A stretch of DNA of 64,000 nucleotides, from assembly GCF_963921235.1 (NCBI RefSeq), contig NC_086097.1:100132001-100196000 (forward strand). Direction: 5' to 3'. The notes under the pieces are model-generated. The model made no database searches. It worked only from the letters and a program-made list of their open reading frames with translations, and had not been told where the DNA came from. The stretch is from Mobula hypostoma (taxonomy: Eukaryota). Positions 30,001-41,899 of this stretch are shown here, piece by piece; the first letter of the stretch is position 1, and every line of letters starts with the position of its first letter. Made by a program: the position numbers and the translations under genes.

Positions 30001-33000
30001 ACAGCCCTCTCCCTACTCAACATTCCCTCAACAGCCCTCTCCCTACTCAACATTTCCTCAGCAGCCCTCCCCGATTCAACATACCCTCAACAGCCCTCTC
30101 CCTACTCAACATTCACTCAACAGCCCACTCCCTGCTCATTTCCTCAACAACCCTCTCCCTACTCAATATTTCCTCAACAGTCTCTCCCTACTCAATATTT
30201 CCTCAACAGCCCTCTCTCTACACAACATTCCCTCAACAGCCCTCTCCCTACTCAACATTCCCTCAACAGCCCTCCCTCTACTCAATGTTGCCTTAACAGC
30301 GCTCTCCCTACTCAATATTTCAGCCTCTCCTACTCAAAATTCCCTTAACAGACCTCTCCCTACTCAACATTACCTCAACTGCCCACTCCTTGCTCATTTC
30401 CTCGACAGCCCTCTCCCTACTCAAAATTCCCTCAACTGCCCACTCCTTGCCATTTTCTCAACAGCCCTCTCCCTACTCAATTAACGCCCTCTCCTCTCAA
30501 ATTTCCTCAACAGCCCTCTCCCTACTCAACATTTCCTGAACAGCCCTCTCCCTACTCAACATTCCCTCAGCAGCCCACTCCTTACTCATTTCCTCAACAG
30601 CCCGCTCCTACTCAATATTTCCTCAACAGTCCTCCCCTACTCAATATTTCCTCAACAGCCCTCTCTCTACTCAACATTCCCTCAACAGCCCTCTCCCTAC
30701 TCAACATTCCCTCAACAGCCCTCCCTCTACTCAATGTTGCCTTAACAGCGCTCTCCCTACTCAATATTTCAGCCTCTCCTACTCAAAATTCCCTTAACAG
30801 ACCTCTTCCTACTCAACATTACCTCAGCAGCCCACTCCCTGCTCCTCTCCTCAACAGCCCTTTCCCTACTCCATATTTCCTCAACAGCCCACCCCTACTC
30901 AATATTTCCTCAACAGCCCTCCCCCTACTCAACATTCCCTGAACAGCCCACTCCTTGCTCATTTCCTCAACAGACCTCTCCCTACTCAACGTTTCCTTGA
31001 CAGCCCTCTCCCTACTCAACATTTCCCTCAACAGCCCTCTCCCTACTCAACATTCCCTCAGCAGACCTCTCCCTACTCAATATTTCGGCCTCCCCACTCA
31101 AAATTCCCTCAACAGACCTCTTCCTACTCAATATTACCTCATAGCCCTCCCCTACTCAATATTTCCTCAACAGCCCTCCCCCTACTCAACATTCCCTCAA
31201 CAGCCCTCCCCTAGTCAATATTCCCTCAACAGCCCTCTCCCTACTCAACATTCCCTCAACAGCCCTCTCCCAACTCAACATTTCCTCAACAGACCTCCCC
31301 TCCTCAACATTCCCTCAACAGCCCTCTCCCTACTCAACATTCCCTCAACAGCCCTCTCCCTACTCAACGTTTCCTCAACAGCCCTCTCCCTACTCAACAT
31401 TTCCTCAACAGCCCTCCCCCTACTCAATATTTCCTCAACAGCCCTCTCCCTACTCAACATTCCCTCAGCAGCCCTCTCCCTGCTGAATATTTCAGCCTCT
31501 CCTACTCAAAATTCACTCAACAGACCTCTCCCTACTCAATATTTCCTCAACAGCCCTCCCCTACTCAATATTTCCTCAATAGCCCTACCCCTACTGAACA
31601 TTCTCTCAACAGCCCTCCCCTAGTCAATATTCCCTGAACAGCCCACTCCCTACTCCATATTCCCTCAACACCCCTTTCGCTACTCAATATTCCATCAACA
31701 GCCCTCTCCCTACTCAACATTCCCTCAACAGCCCTCTCCCTACTCAACATTTCCTCAACAGACCTCCCCTACTCAACATTCCCTCAACAGCCCTCTCCCT
31801 ACTCAATGTTTCCTCAACAGCCCTCCCCTTACTCAACATTCCCTCAACAACGCTCTGTATAATCAACGTTTCCTCAACAGCCCTCCCCCTACTCAACATT
31901 CCCTCAACAGCCCTCTCCCTACTCAACATTCCCTCAACAGCCCTCCCCTACTCAACATTTCCTCAACAGCCCTCCCCTATTCAACATTCTCTCAACAGCC
32001 CTCCCCTACTCAATATTCCCTCAACAGCCCTCTCCCTACTCCACATTTCCTTAACAGCCTTCTCCCTACTCAACATTCCCTCAACAGCCCTCTCCCAACT
32101 CAACATTTCCTCAACAGACCTCTCCCCGCTCAATATTCACTCAACAGCCCTCTCCCTACTCAACATTTCCTCAACAGACCTCCCCCTACTCAACATTCCC
32201 TCAACAGCCCTCTCCCTACTCAATGTTTCCTCAACAGCCCTCCCCTTACTCAACATTCCCTCAACAACCCTCTGTATAATCAACGTTTCCTCGACAGCCT
32301 TTTCCCTACTCAACATTCCCTCAACAGACCTCTCCCTACTCAACATTTCCTCAACAGACCTCCCCTACTCAACATTAACTCAACAGCCCTCACCTACTCC
32401 ACGTTTCCTCAACAGCCCTCCCCTACTCAACATTCCCTCAACAGCCCTCTCCCCACTCATTTCCTTAACAGCCTTCTCCCTACTCAACATTCCCTCAACA
32501 GCCCTCTCCCAACTCAACATTTCCTCAACAGACCTCCCCTCCTCAACATTCCATCAACAGCCCTCTCCCTACTCAACATTCCCTCAAGAGCCCTCTCCCT
32601 ACTCAACGTTTCTTCGACAGCCCTCTCTCTACTCAACATTTCCTCAACAGCCCTCCCCCTAGTCAATGTTTCCTTAACAGCCCTCTTCCTACTCAACATT
32701 CCCTCAGCAGCCCTCTCCCTGCTGAATATTTCAGCCTCTCCTACTCAAAATTCCCTCAACAGACCTCTCCCTACCTAATATTTCCTCAACAGCCCTCCCC
32801 TACTCAATATTTCCTCAATAGCCCTACCCCTACTCAACATTCTCTCAACAGCCCGCCCCTAGTCAATATTCCCTGAACAGCCCACTCCCTACTCCATATT
32901 CCCTCAACACCCCTTTAGCTACTAAATATTTCCTCAACAGCCGTCCCCTACTCAACATTTCCTCAACAGCCCTCGCCTACTCAACGTTTCCTCAACAGCA

Positions 33001-36000
33001 CTCCCCTTACTCAACATTCTCTCAACAGCCCTCTCCCTACTCAACATTCCCTCAACAGCCCACTCCCCGCTCATTTCCTCACCAGCCCTCCCCACTCAGT
33101 ATTTTCTGAACAGCCCTCCCCTACTGAATATTCCCTCAACAGCCCTCTCCCTACTCAACATTCCCTCAACAGCCCTCCCCACTCAACATTTCCTCAACTG
33201 CCCTCCCCTACTCAATATTTCCTGAACAGCCCTCCCCTACACATTTCCTCAACAGCCCTCACCTACTCCACGTTTCCTCAACAGCCCTCCCCTACTCAAC
33301 ATTCCCTCAACAGCCCTCTCCCCACTCATTTCCTTAACAGCCCTCTCCCTAATCAATATTTCCTTAACAGCCCTCCCCTACTCAGTATTTCCTCAACAGC
33401 GCTGTCCCTCCTCAACTTTCTCTCAACAGCCCTCTCCCTACTAATCATTCCCTGAACAGCCCTCTCCCTACTCAACGTTTCTTCGACAGGCCACTCTCTA
33501 CTCAACATTCCCTCAACAGACCTGTCCTTGCTCATTTCCTCAACAGCCCTCTCCCTTCTCAACATTCCCTCAACAGCATTATCCGTACTCAACATTCCCT
33601 CAACAGCCCTCCCCTACTCAATGTTTCCTTAACAGCGCTCTTCCTACTCAACATTCCCTCAGCAGCCCTCTCCCTGCTGAATATTTCAGCCTCTCCTACT
33701 CAAAATTCCCTCAACAGACCTGTCCCTACTCAATTTTTCCTCACCAGCCCTCCCCTACTCAATATTTTCTCAACAGCCCTCCCCTACTCAACATTCCCTC
33801 AACAGCCCTCCCTACTCAATATTCCCTCAACAGCCCTCTCCCTACTCAACATTCCCTCAACAGCCCTCCCCTACTCAACATTCCCTCAACAGCCCTCCCC
33901 TACTCAATATTTCCTGAACAGCCCTCCCCTACACAACATTTCTTGAATAGCTCTCCCCCTACTCAATATTCACTCACACAGCCCTCTCCCTACTCAACAT
34001 TTCCTCAACAGCTCTCTCCCTAATTGTTTCCTTAATAGCCCTCCCGCTACTCAACGTTTCTTCAACAGCCCTCCCCTTACTCAACATTCCCTCAGCAGCC
34101 CTCCCCCTACTCAATGTATCCTTAACAGCCCTCTCTCTACTCAATATTTCCTCAACAGCCGTCCCCTACTCAACATTTCCTCAACAGCCCTCGCCTACTC
34201 AACGTTTCCTCAACAGCACTCCCCTTACTCAACATTCCCTCAACAGCCCTCCCCTAGTCAATATTCCCTCAACAGCCCTCTCCCTACTCAACATTCCCAT
34301 AACAGCCCACTCCCTGCTCATTTCCTCAACAACCCTCTCCCTACTCAATATTTCCTCAACAGGCCTCCCCCTACTCAATATTTCCTCAACAGCCCTCTCC
34401 CTACTCAACATTCCATCAGCAGCCCTCTCTCTATTGAATATTTCAGCCTCCCCTACTCAAAATTCCCTCAACAGACCTCTCCCTACTCAATATTTCCTCA
34501 ACAGCCCTCCCCTACTCAATATTTCCTCAATAGCCCTACCCCTACTCAACACTCTCTCAACAGCCCGCCCCTAGTCAATATTCCCTGAACAGCCCACTCC
34601 CTACTCCATATTCCCTCAACACCCCTTTAGCTACTCAATATTTCCTCAACAGCCGTCCCCTACTCAACATTTCCTCAACAGCCCTTGCCTACTCAACGTT
34701 TCCTCAACAGCACTCCCCTTACTCAACATTCTCTCAACAGCCCTCTCCCTACTCAACATTCCCTCAACAGCCCACTCCCCGCTCATTTCCTCAACAGCCC
34801 TCTCCCTACTCAATATTTCCTTAACAGCCCTCTACCTCCACAACATTCCCTCAACAGCCCTCTCCCTACTCAACATTCCCTCAACAGCCCTCCCCTATTC
34901 AACATACCCTCAACAGCCCTCTCCCTACTCAACATTCCCTCAACAGCCATCTCCCTACTCAACGTTTCCTCGACAGCCCTCTCCCTACTCAACATTCCCT
35001 CAACAGCCCACTCCTTGCTCATTTCCTCAACAGCCCTCTCCCTACTCAATATTTCCTTAACAGCCCTCTACCTCCACAACATTCCCTCAACAGCCCTCTC
35101 CCTACTCAACATTTCCTCAACAGCCCTCTCCCTACTCAACATTTCCTGAACAGCCGTCTCTCTACTCAACATTCCCTCAACAGCAATCTCCCTACTCAAT
35201 GTTTCCTTGACAGCCCTCTCCCCACTCAACATTCCCTCAACAGCCCACTCCTTGCTCATTTCCTCAACAGCCCTCTCCCTATTCAATATTTCTTCAACAG
35301 CCCTCCCCCACTCAATATTTCCTCAACAGCCCTCACCCTACTCAACATTCCCTCAGCAGCCCTCTCCCTACTCAACATTCCCTCAGCAGCCCTCCCCCTA
35401 CTCAATGTTGCCTTAACAGCCCTCTCCCTACTCAATATTTCTGCCTCCCCTACTCAAAATTCCCTTAACAGACCTCTCCCTACTCAACATTACCTCAACA
35501 ACCCAATCCCTGCTCATTTCCTCAACAGCCCTCTCCCTACTCAATATTTCCTCAACAGCCCTCCCCTATTCAATATTTCCTCAACAGCCCTCCCCCTACT
35601 CAACATTCCCTGAACAGCCCACTCCTTGTTCATTTCCTGAACAGACCTCTCCGTACTCAACATTTCCTCAACACCCCTCCCCACTCAACGTTTCCTCAAC
35701 AGACCTCCCCCTACTCAACATTCCCTCAAAACAGCCCTCCCCCTACTCAACATTCCATCAACAGCCCTCCCCTACTCAACATTCCATCAACAGCCCTCTC
35801 CCTACTCAACATTCCCTCAACAGCCTTCTCCCTTCTCAACATTCCCTCAGCAGCCCTCCCTTACTCAACATTTCCTCAACAGCCCTCTCCTACTCAATAT
35901 TTCCTCAACAGCCCTCCCCTACTCAGCATTTCCTCAACAGCTGTCCCCTACTCAGCATTCCCTCAATAGCCCTCTCCCTACTCAACATTTCCTCAAAAGC

Positions 36001-37691
36001 CCTCCCCACTCAACATTCCCTCAACAGCCCTCTCCCTACTCAATATTTCCTCAATAGCCCTCCCCTACTCAAAATTCCCTCAACTGCCCTCTCCCTACTC
36101 AATATTTCCTCAACAGCCTTCTCCCTACTCAACATTCCCTCAACAACCCTCTCCCGACTGAATATTCCCTCGGTAGCCCTCTCCCTACTCAATATTTCCT
36201 CAACGGCTCTCCCCTACTCAACGTTTCCTCAACAGCCCTCTCCCTACTCAATATTTCCTCACAGTCCTCCCACTACTCAACATTCCCTCAACAGCCCTCT
36301 CCCTACTCAATATTTCCTCACAGTCCTCCCACTACTCAACATTCCCTCAACAGCCCTCTCCCGACTCAATATTTCCTCAACAGCCTTTCCCTACTCAACG
36401 TTTCCTTGACAGCCTTCTCCCTACTCAACGTTTCCTCAACAGCTCTCTTCCTACTCAATATTTCTTCAACAGCCTTCTACCTACTCAACAATCCCTCAAC
36501 AACCCTCTCCCGACTGAATATTCCCTCGGCAGCCCTCTCCCACCTCAATATTTCCTCAACAGCTCTCCCCTACTCAACGTTTCCTCAACAGCCCTCTCCT
36601 ACTCAACATTCCCTGAACAGCTCTCTCCCTACTCAATATTTCCTCACAGCCCTCCCCACTCAACATTCCCTCAACAGCCCTCTCCCTACTCAATATTTCC
36701 TCAACAGCCCTCCCCTACTCAACGTTTTCTTGACAGCCCTCTCCCTATTCAACGTTTCCTCAACAGCTCTCTCCCTACTCAACATACCCTCAACAGCCCT
36801 CTCCCTACTCAATATTTCCTCACAGTCCTCCCACTACTCAACATTCCCTCAACAGCCCTCTCCCTACTCAATATTTCCTCACAGTCCTCCCACTACTCAA
36901 CATTCCCTCAACAGCCCTCTCCCGACTCAATATTTCCTCAACAGCCTTTCCCTACTCAACGTTTCCTTGACAGCCTTCTCCCTACTCAACGTTTCCTCAA
37001 CAGCTCTCTTCCTACTCAATATTTCTTCAACAGCCTTCTACCTACTCAACAATCCCTCAACAACCCTCTCCCGACTGAATATTCCCTCGGCAGCCCTCTC
37101 CCACCTCAATATTTCCTCAACAGCTCTCCCCTACTCAACGTTTCCTCAACAGCCCTCTCCTACTCAACATTCCCTGAACAGCTCTCTCCCTACTCAATAT
37201 TTCCTCACAGCCCTCCCCACTCAACATTCCCTCAACAGCCCTCTCCCTACTCAATATTTCCTCAACAGCCCTCCCCTACTCAACGTTTTCTTGACAGCCC
37301 TCTCCCTATTCAACGTTTCCTCAACAGCTCTCTCCCTACTCAACATACCCTCAACAGCCCTCTCCCTACTCAACATTCCCTCAGCAGCCCACTCCCTGCT
37401 CATTTCCTCAACATCCCTCTCCCTACTCAATATTTCCTGAACAGCCCTCTCCCTACTCAACATCCCCTCAACAGCCCTCCTCTACTCAACATTCCCTCAA
37501 CAGCCCTCCCCTACTCAATATCTCCTCAGCAGCCCTCCTGTACTCAACATTTCCTCAACAGTCCACTCCCTGCTCAACATTTCCTCCACAGCCCTCTCCC
37601 TATTCAACATTTCCTCTGCAGCCCCTCCTACTCAACATTTCCTCAACAGACCTCTCCTTGCTCAACGTTTCCTCAACAGCCCTCTCCCTTC
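1..37691. repeat. Large tandem satellite array, ~30-bp monomer CTACTCAACATTCCCTCAACAGCCCTCTCC with 27-bp and 29-bp variants; runs off the left edge of the window
   Basis: Continuous tandem monomers from base 1, decaying over the last few hundred bp and ending about 37,691. The + strand is C-rich and nearly G-free. Periodic 10-aa translations in all frames confirm the 30-bp period. Confidence 0.98.
19727..19926. other. Assembly gap (200 N) inside the satellite
   Basis: Exactly 200 N; a round number typical of a scaffolding join of unknown true size. Confidence 0.99.
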
Positions 37692-38464
37692 TTGATAGTT
37701 CCCCTAATAAGTACTTCTTTCAGTTAAACAACCTGATAGTTAACTTTAGTTTATATAGTACTCTGTCCAGTAATTACGATAGTCTCAGATTTTTCACAAG
37801 CATACTGTGTCCCACAGTGAGCAATCTGTCCAAGTAAAATCCCTTTTCCTCCTTGTCTGCAAGTCCAGTATTTCAGCAGCTGGAGTATTTAACAACTATT
37901 TTTATTTTCTTAGCTTCCCAAGCTAGAGGACATAAGAAACACTATGAAACCAGCGATCCTAGAAGCATAGCATGTGAAACATCACTCAAGGTAACTAGCT
38001 TAATTTTCCCTTGCCTCATATAAGCAAACATTAATTTCAGTTTAAATTTCCCTTAAAATATTCCCCACTAACTTCTAACACACCAAAGCTAACCACGAAC
38101 GTGTCTAATCTGAGTATACATCCAGCTCAGCAGGCTAATCAAACTTCACATTCACTCTCTTCAGAGTTAACATAATACTTTTGTAAAAGCTTAGTAACAT
38201 TATTCAGAATGCAAATAAGAATCCCTAAATAGGCATGTTGCTTTTAGTTAATAGCATTATTACTTTAATCTTAACTAATCAAATTCTTCATGTGTTTGCA
38301 ATTTAAAATTCTACTTCAATTAGGAATTTATTAAATTCTGCAATATTACCCTAAATGAAATCATCTTCATGTATTGCAAAGCTTTCTGATAGTTAGCAAT
38401 GAAACATTGTGGGATCCGATTTTAACACAACATGTTTCCAGCTAAGCTGATCCAACAACAACCT

Positions 38465-38756
38465 GGGTGGCTCAGTAGCATAGCAGTTAGTGTATGACTG
38501 TACAGTGCCAGCATTTAGAAGATGAATGTTCAGTTCCCACTGCTGTCTGTTTATTTAGAATTTGCATGCTCTTCCCTTGACCATGTGGGTTTCCTTTGGG
38601 TGCTCTGGTTTCTTTCCGCATTAAAGATGTACGGGTTAGAGTTGGTATGTAGTGGGCATCCTATGTTGGAGCCATTGTGGACTGTCCACAACACATTTTT
38701 GGATTGTGTTTGTCATTGACCCATGGTTCGACATACAAGTGGGAAATAAAGCTAAT
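38465..38756 (+). mobile_element. tRNA-derived V-SINE, degenerate
   Basis: tRNA-like head (TAGCATAGCAGTTAG ... GTTCAGTTCCC), V-domain-like core TTTGCATGCTCTTCCC...GTGGGTTTCCTTTGGGTGCTCTGGTTTC, and an AATAAA-containing tail. Confidence 0.7.
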
Positions 38757-39264
38757 TTCCTTGACACCCTGAAAGTTTCATTCATGATCTCTATAATTTC
38801 TTTTTTAGGGAAATTTGTGTCTGACTAATGATCGCATTCCTTGATGCAAGGAGAGCCAAGGAGGACAGTGTATTTCATATAGTCTAAAAGAACTTTAGGA
38901 AGTCTTTTGACTTAGCAGGATTGATTAAAAACCCATTAGATCCAAAATTGGCAATGAAATTAACGGGTATTGCTTGATGGGTATTTTTTGTTTCCACAGT
39001 GTTTTGTGTTTGGTTCCTTGAGTTCTGCAGTCTATATGTATTGCTTTTGATAAAGAAGATAGTATATGACTCAAACACTGGCCATGTAGTCAATAGTGTG
39101 CAGGAAGGCTTTGGTTTGCAAGAAGACAGATGGCAGAGTCATTTGGGTAGAATAGCGGTTAGTAGAATTTTACCTAAATAAGTATGAAGCCATAAATTTG
39201 GGGATGTGCAACAAGGCACAGGAATGTATAATAATTGAGATGAGGTTTGGTGCAACTTACGACT

Positions 39265-39722
39265 TTTGCAAGTCTTTAACTGTACAGGACAGCTCAAGAA
39301 GAGTTGTGAACACAGCCCAGTACAAGCAATACGTCTCCCGTCAATTAATCCCTTCTGCATTTCCCGCTGCCTCAGGAAAGCGGGCAACATCACCAAACTT
39401 CTTCCATCCTGGTCACTCTCTCTTCTCCCCTCTCTTGTTGGGCAGAAGATACAAAGCCTTGAAGGCACACACCACCAGGCTCAAGGTGTTCTATCCTGCT
39501 CTTATCAGACTCACATCAGCTAAAAGATGAACTTTTGATCTCTGATATCCCAGTCCTCACACTTTATTTGTCTACCTGCACATTACTTTCTCTGTAACTG
39601 CAACTCTACACTCTGCATTCTGTTCTTTTTACTACCTTGATGTTCTTCTGTATGAAGTGATCTGTATGGACAGAATGCAAACAAAAGCTTTCACTATACT
39701 CTCTGCTTGTGACAATAATAAA
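39265..39722 (+). mobile_element. Rex1/Babar-like LINE 3' end fragment
   Basis: Degenerate ORF2 C-terminus (CISRCLRKA..I, HP.HSLFSPL..GRRYK.LKAHTTRLK..FYP) followed by a 3' UTR ending GACAATAATAAA; related copies elsewhere in the window. Confidence 0.7.
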
Positions 39723-39799
39723 GCAAAACGAATATAAGTGAATGTCGTTCAGCTGGCTGGGGAAGAGTATACAGTAAGAACAGGGATCTTATACTAATA

Positions 39800-40005
39800 T
39801 TACATGTAACATCTGTTAGACTTGAGCATTGCGTACAGTTCTGGTGAACATATTTCAAGAGAAGTGTGATTCCGTGGAAGAGAATGCAGAGGATATTAAC
39901 ACCGTTGTTTCCAGGAGTAGAAAACTAACTTTGAGTAAAGATTGGATGGGTTGGAGTTACTTTCTTTGGAACAAAAGGAACTGAGAGGAGACACTAAGTG
40001 GTGAA
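39800..40005 (+). mobile_element. CR1 LINE ORF2 C-terminal fragment
   Basis: Degenerate LEHCVQFW...RMQR...LFSLEQ..LRGD motifs typical of the CR1 ORF2 end. Confidence 0.65.
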
Positions 40006-40245
40006 GGATATGCATTTTATGCATTATTCCTACTTGCCAGTGATTTTTCTTGTCCCCCCCCCCCCAACCCCCAGCTCTCCTAATTCCCTCCTTGAGTTCT
40101 TCTATATATTCTTCTTGGCTTCTATATATTCCTGTCATGCCAGTTCATCTCAGTTTTGTAACCACTATGGGGATGTTGCTTTTGCTGTACCTAATGCTTT
40201 CGATATCACATGCATTGAACCTTTTGTGATGGTAGGGTTCTCAAG

Positions 40246-40613
40246 TGTCATGGAAGGCATTGGCACCAACTGAACCCAGGTCCAGAGGAACGGCAGACTG
40301 CCATGTAGAGATGGAAACAAGAGTTTAAACAGAGAAATTCCTACAGAATATCGGTGGCTTACCCGAGTGACACCTCAAGATGAAACATTCTCAAAACAAG
40401 GGCCCCACAATAAGCGCTAATCAGGAGTCTGTTTTAAATAATTATGGCATGCAGAAAACCCATGCCAGTCAAAATAAACTTGACAAGGTTAAATAGGAAG
40501 CACACGGATTTAACAACCCTAGTTAAGACAAAAATTAAGAAATACAGGTGCTCTAAAAGCCTCGGAACCCAGTGCTCTACAATTAGCCACACAGGCCTGA
40601 AGGGCTCATGACG
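40246..40613. mobile_element. Probable solo LTR
   Basis: Termini TGTCATG ... CATGACG (inverted, last base mutated) flanked by a near-identical 5-bp duplication, TCAAG (40,241-45) and TCAGG (40,614-18). Confidence 0.55.
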
Positions 40614-40960
40614 TCAGGAGAAATTGTTCTGTTGCGTATCAGGATTTGCACTTCGTGCATAGAAGGAGCAATCAAACATGCGATTATCTCACTGCATTCA
40701 TCAATGGGAACCCAAGTTGTTGCGTAATAGCTGTTGAAGATGGACTCAAACCCAACAGTCAGGATTACTGATAGTGAGTAAAATATGGTCGTGGAAGGTC
40801 ATGTGGCTTTGGAAGCTCTTGCTGCTTCACCTTTCTTGTTCTGGTTTTGTTTAGTTTGAATTCCCATGATTATGACAGGGGAGCAACAATCCAGGCTACT
40901 TTCCTGTTTACTTATTGACCAATATATGGTGTGTGAGTGAATGTATACCTTTGTCTAACT

Positions 40961-41090
40961 TTGTCCTGATGAAGGGTTTCGGCCCGAAATGTCGACTGTG
41001 CTCTTTTCAACGGATGCTGCCTGGCTTGCTGAGTTCCTCCAACATTTTGTGTGTTTTGCTCGGATTTCCAGCATCTGCAGATTTCTTGTC
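40961..41090 (+). mobile_element. Penelope-like element terminus with hammerhead-like core
   Basis: GTC-CTGATGA-A-GGGTTTCGGCCC-GAAA-TGTC-GAC followed by the family tail GATGCTGCCTGGC..GCTGAGTTCCTCC...TTTCCAGCATCTGCAGATTT; possible TTGTCTA duplication at 40,951-57 and 41,086-92. Confidence 0.7.
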
Positions 41091-41304
41091 TATGTTTAGC
41101 TTGCCCAGGGGGAGATTGATCTGGGATTTGAAGTGAAAAATATAATCAGGATCAATGTACAGTGACTGATCCTATGTCAGCTCAAAACAGATATAAAGGA
41201 TGAAGACAGTTTTTGTCGATAGTCATACATTATGTATAGGTTATGAATCTCCACCTTGTTAGCACCCAATTCTACTCCATATTTAGATAATAGAGGATAC
41301 AGTA

Positions 41305-41897
41305 GGGGGAGGGTGAGCAGCCAGAAATCTTGGTACAAACTGGCACTAGTGATATAGGCAGGAAGAGCGAGGAAGTCCTTAAGAAAGGATTTGGGAGCTA
41401 AGTAGAAAGCTGAAAAGCAGGACCTTCAAGGGAGTAATCTCAGGATTACTTCTTGTGCCATGCGCCACTGAAGTTAAGAATAAGATGATTTGGCAGATGA
41501 ATACCTGGCTGAGGAATTGGTACAAGGAGCAGGGTTTCAGATTTCTGGATCATTGGAATCTCTTCTGAGGAGAATATGACCTGTACAAAAAGAACAGGTT
41601 ACCCTGAACCCAAGGGGGACCAATATCCTTGCACAAACAAGAGAAAATCTGTAGATGCTGGAAATCCAAGCACACACACAAAATGCTGGAGGAACTCAAC
41701 AGGCCAGGCAGTATCTATGAAAAAGAGTACAGTCAACGTTTCACGCCGAGACCCTTCTGCAGGACCTTACTCCTCATCCTTTGTTTTCTCCAACCCTGCT
41801 GAAGGGTTCCAGTCAAAACCTTGACTGTACTCTTTTCCATTTTGTGTATGTCGCTCCAATATCCTTGCAGGCAGGTTTGCTAGATCTGTTGGGGAGG
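41305..41897 (+). mobile_element. CR1 LINE ORF1 (SGNH esterase-like) fragment, interrupted by a Penelope-like insertion
   Basis: Frameshifted translation GTSDIGRKSEEVLKK...VISGLLLVP...IWQMNTWLRNW...GFRFLDHW.LF....DLYKK...GTNILA|GRFARSVGE, matching the CR1 ORF1 esterase pattern as I recall it. Confidence 0.8.
41634..41855. mobile_element. Penelope-like inverted-terminus insertion with 14-bp TSD
   Basis: CCAATATCCTTGCA at 41,620-33 and 41,856-69 flanks a minus-orientation terminus plus a shorter, degenerate plus-orientation copy. Confidence 0.8.
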
Positions 41898-41899
41898 AT

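Noticed and set aside
96..37463. Long ORFs (up to 820 aa) with QQPSPYSTFP / LLNISSTALS / SRERAVEEML repeats, superficially mucin-, prolamin- or Pol II CTD-like
   Set aside because: The 30-bp monomer lacks stops in most frames. Frequent 29-bp units shift frame, no frame is preferred, and there are no splice signals or unique domains.
1..37691. CRISPR-like array (30-bp repeats)
   Set aside because: Monomers are directly adjacent with no unique spacers, there are no cas genes, and the context is vertebrate.
1..37691. Telomeric or interstitial telomeric repeat (CCCTA once per monomer)
   Set aside because: No tandem (CCCTAA)n runs; only isolated pentamers or hexamers.
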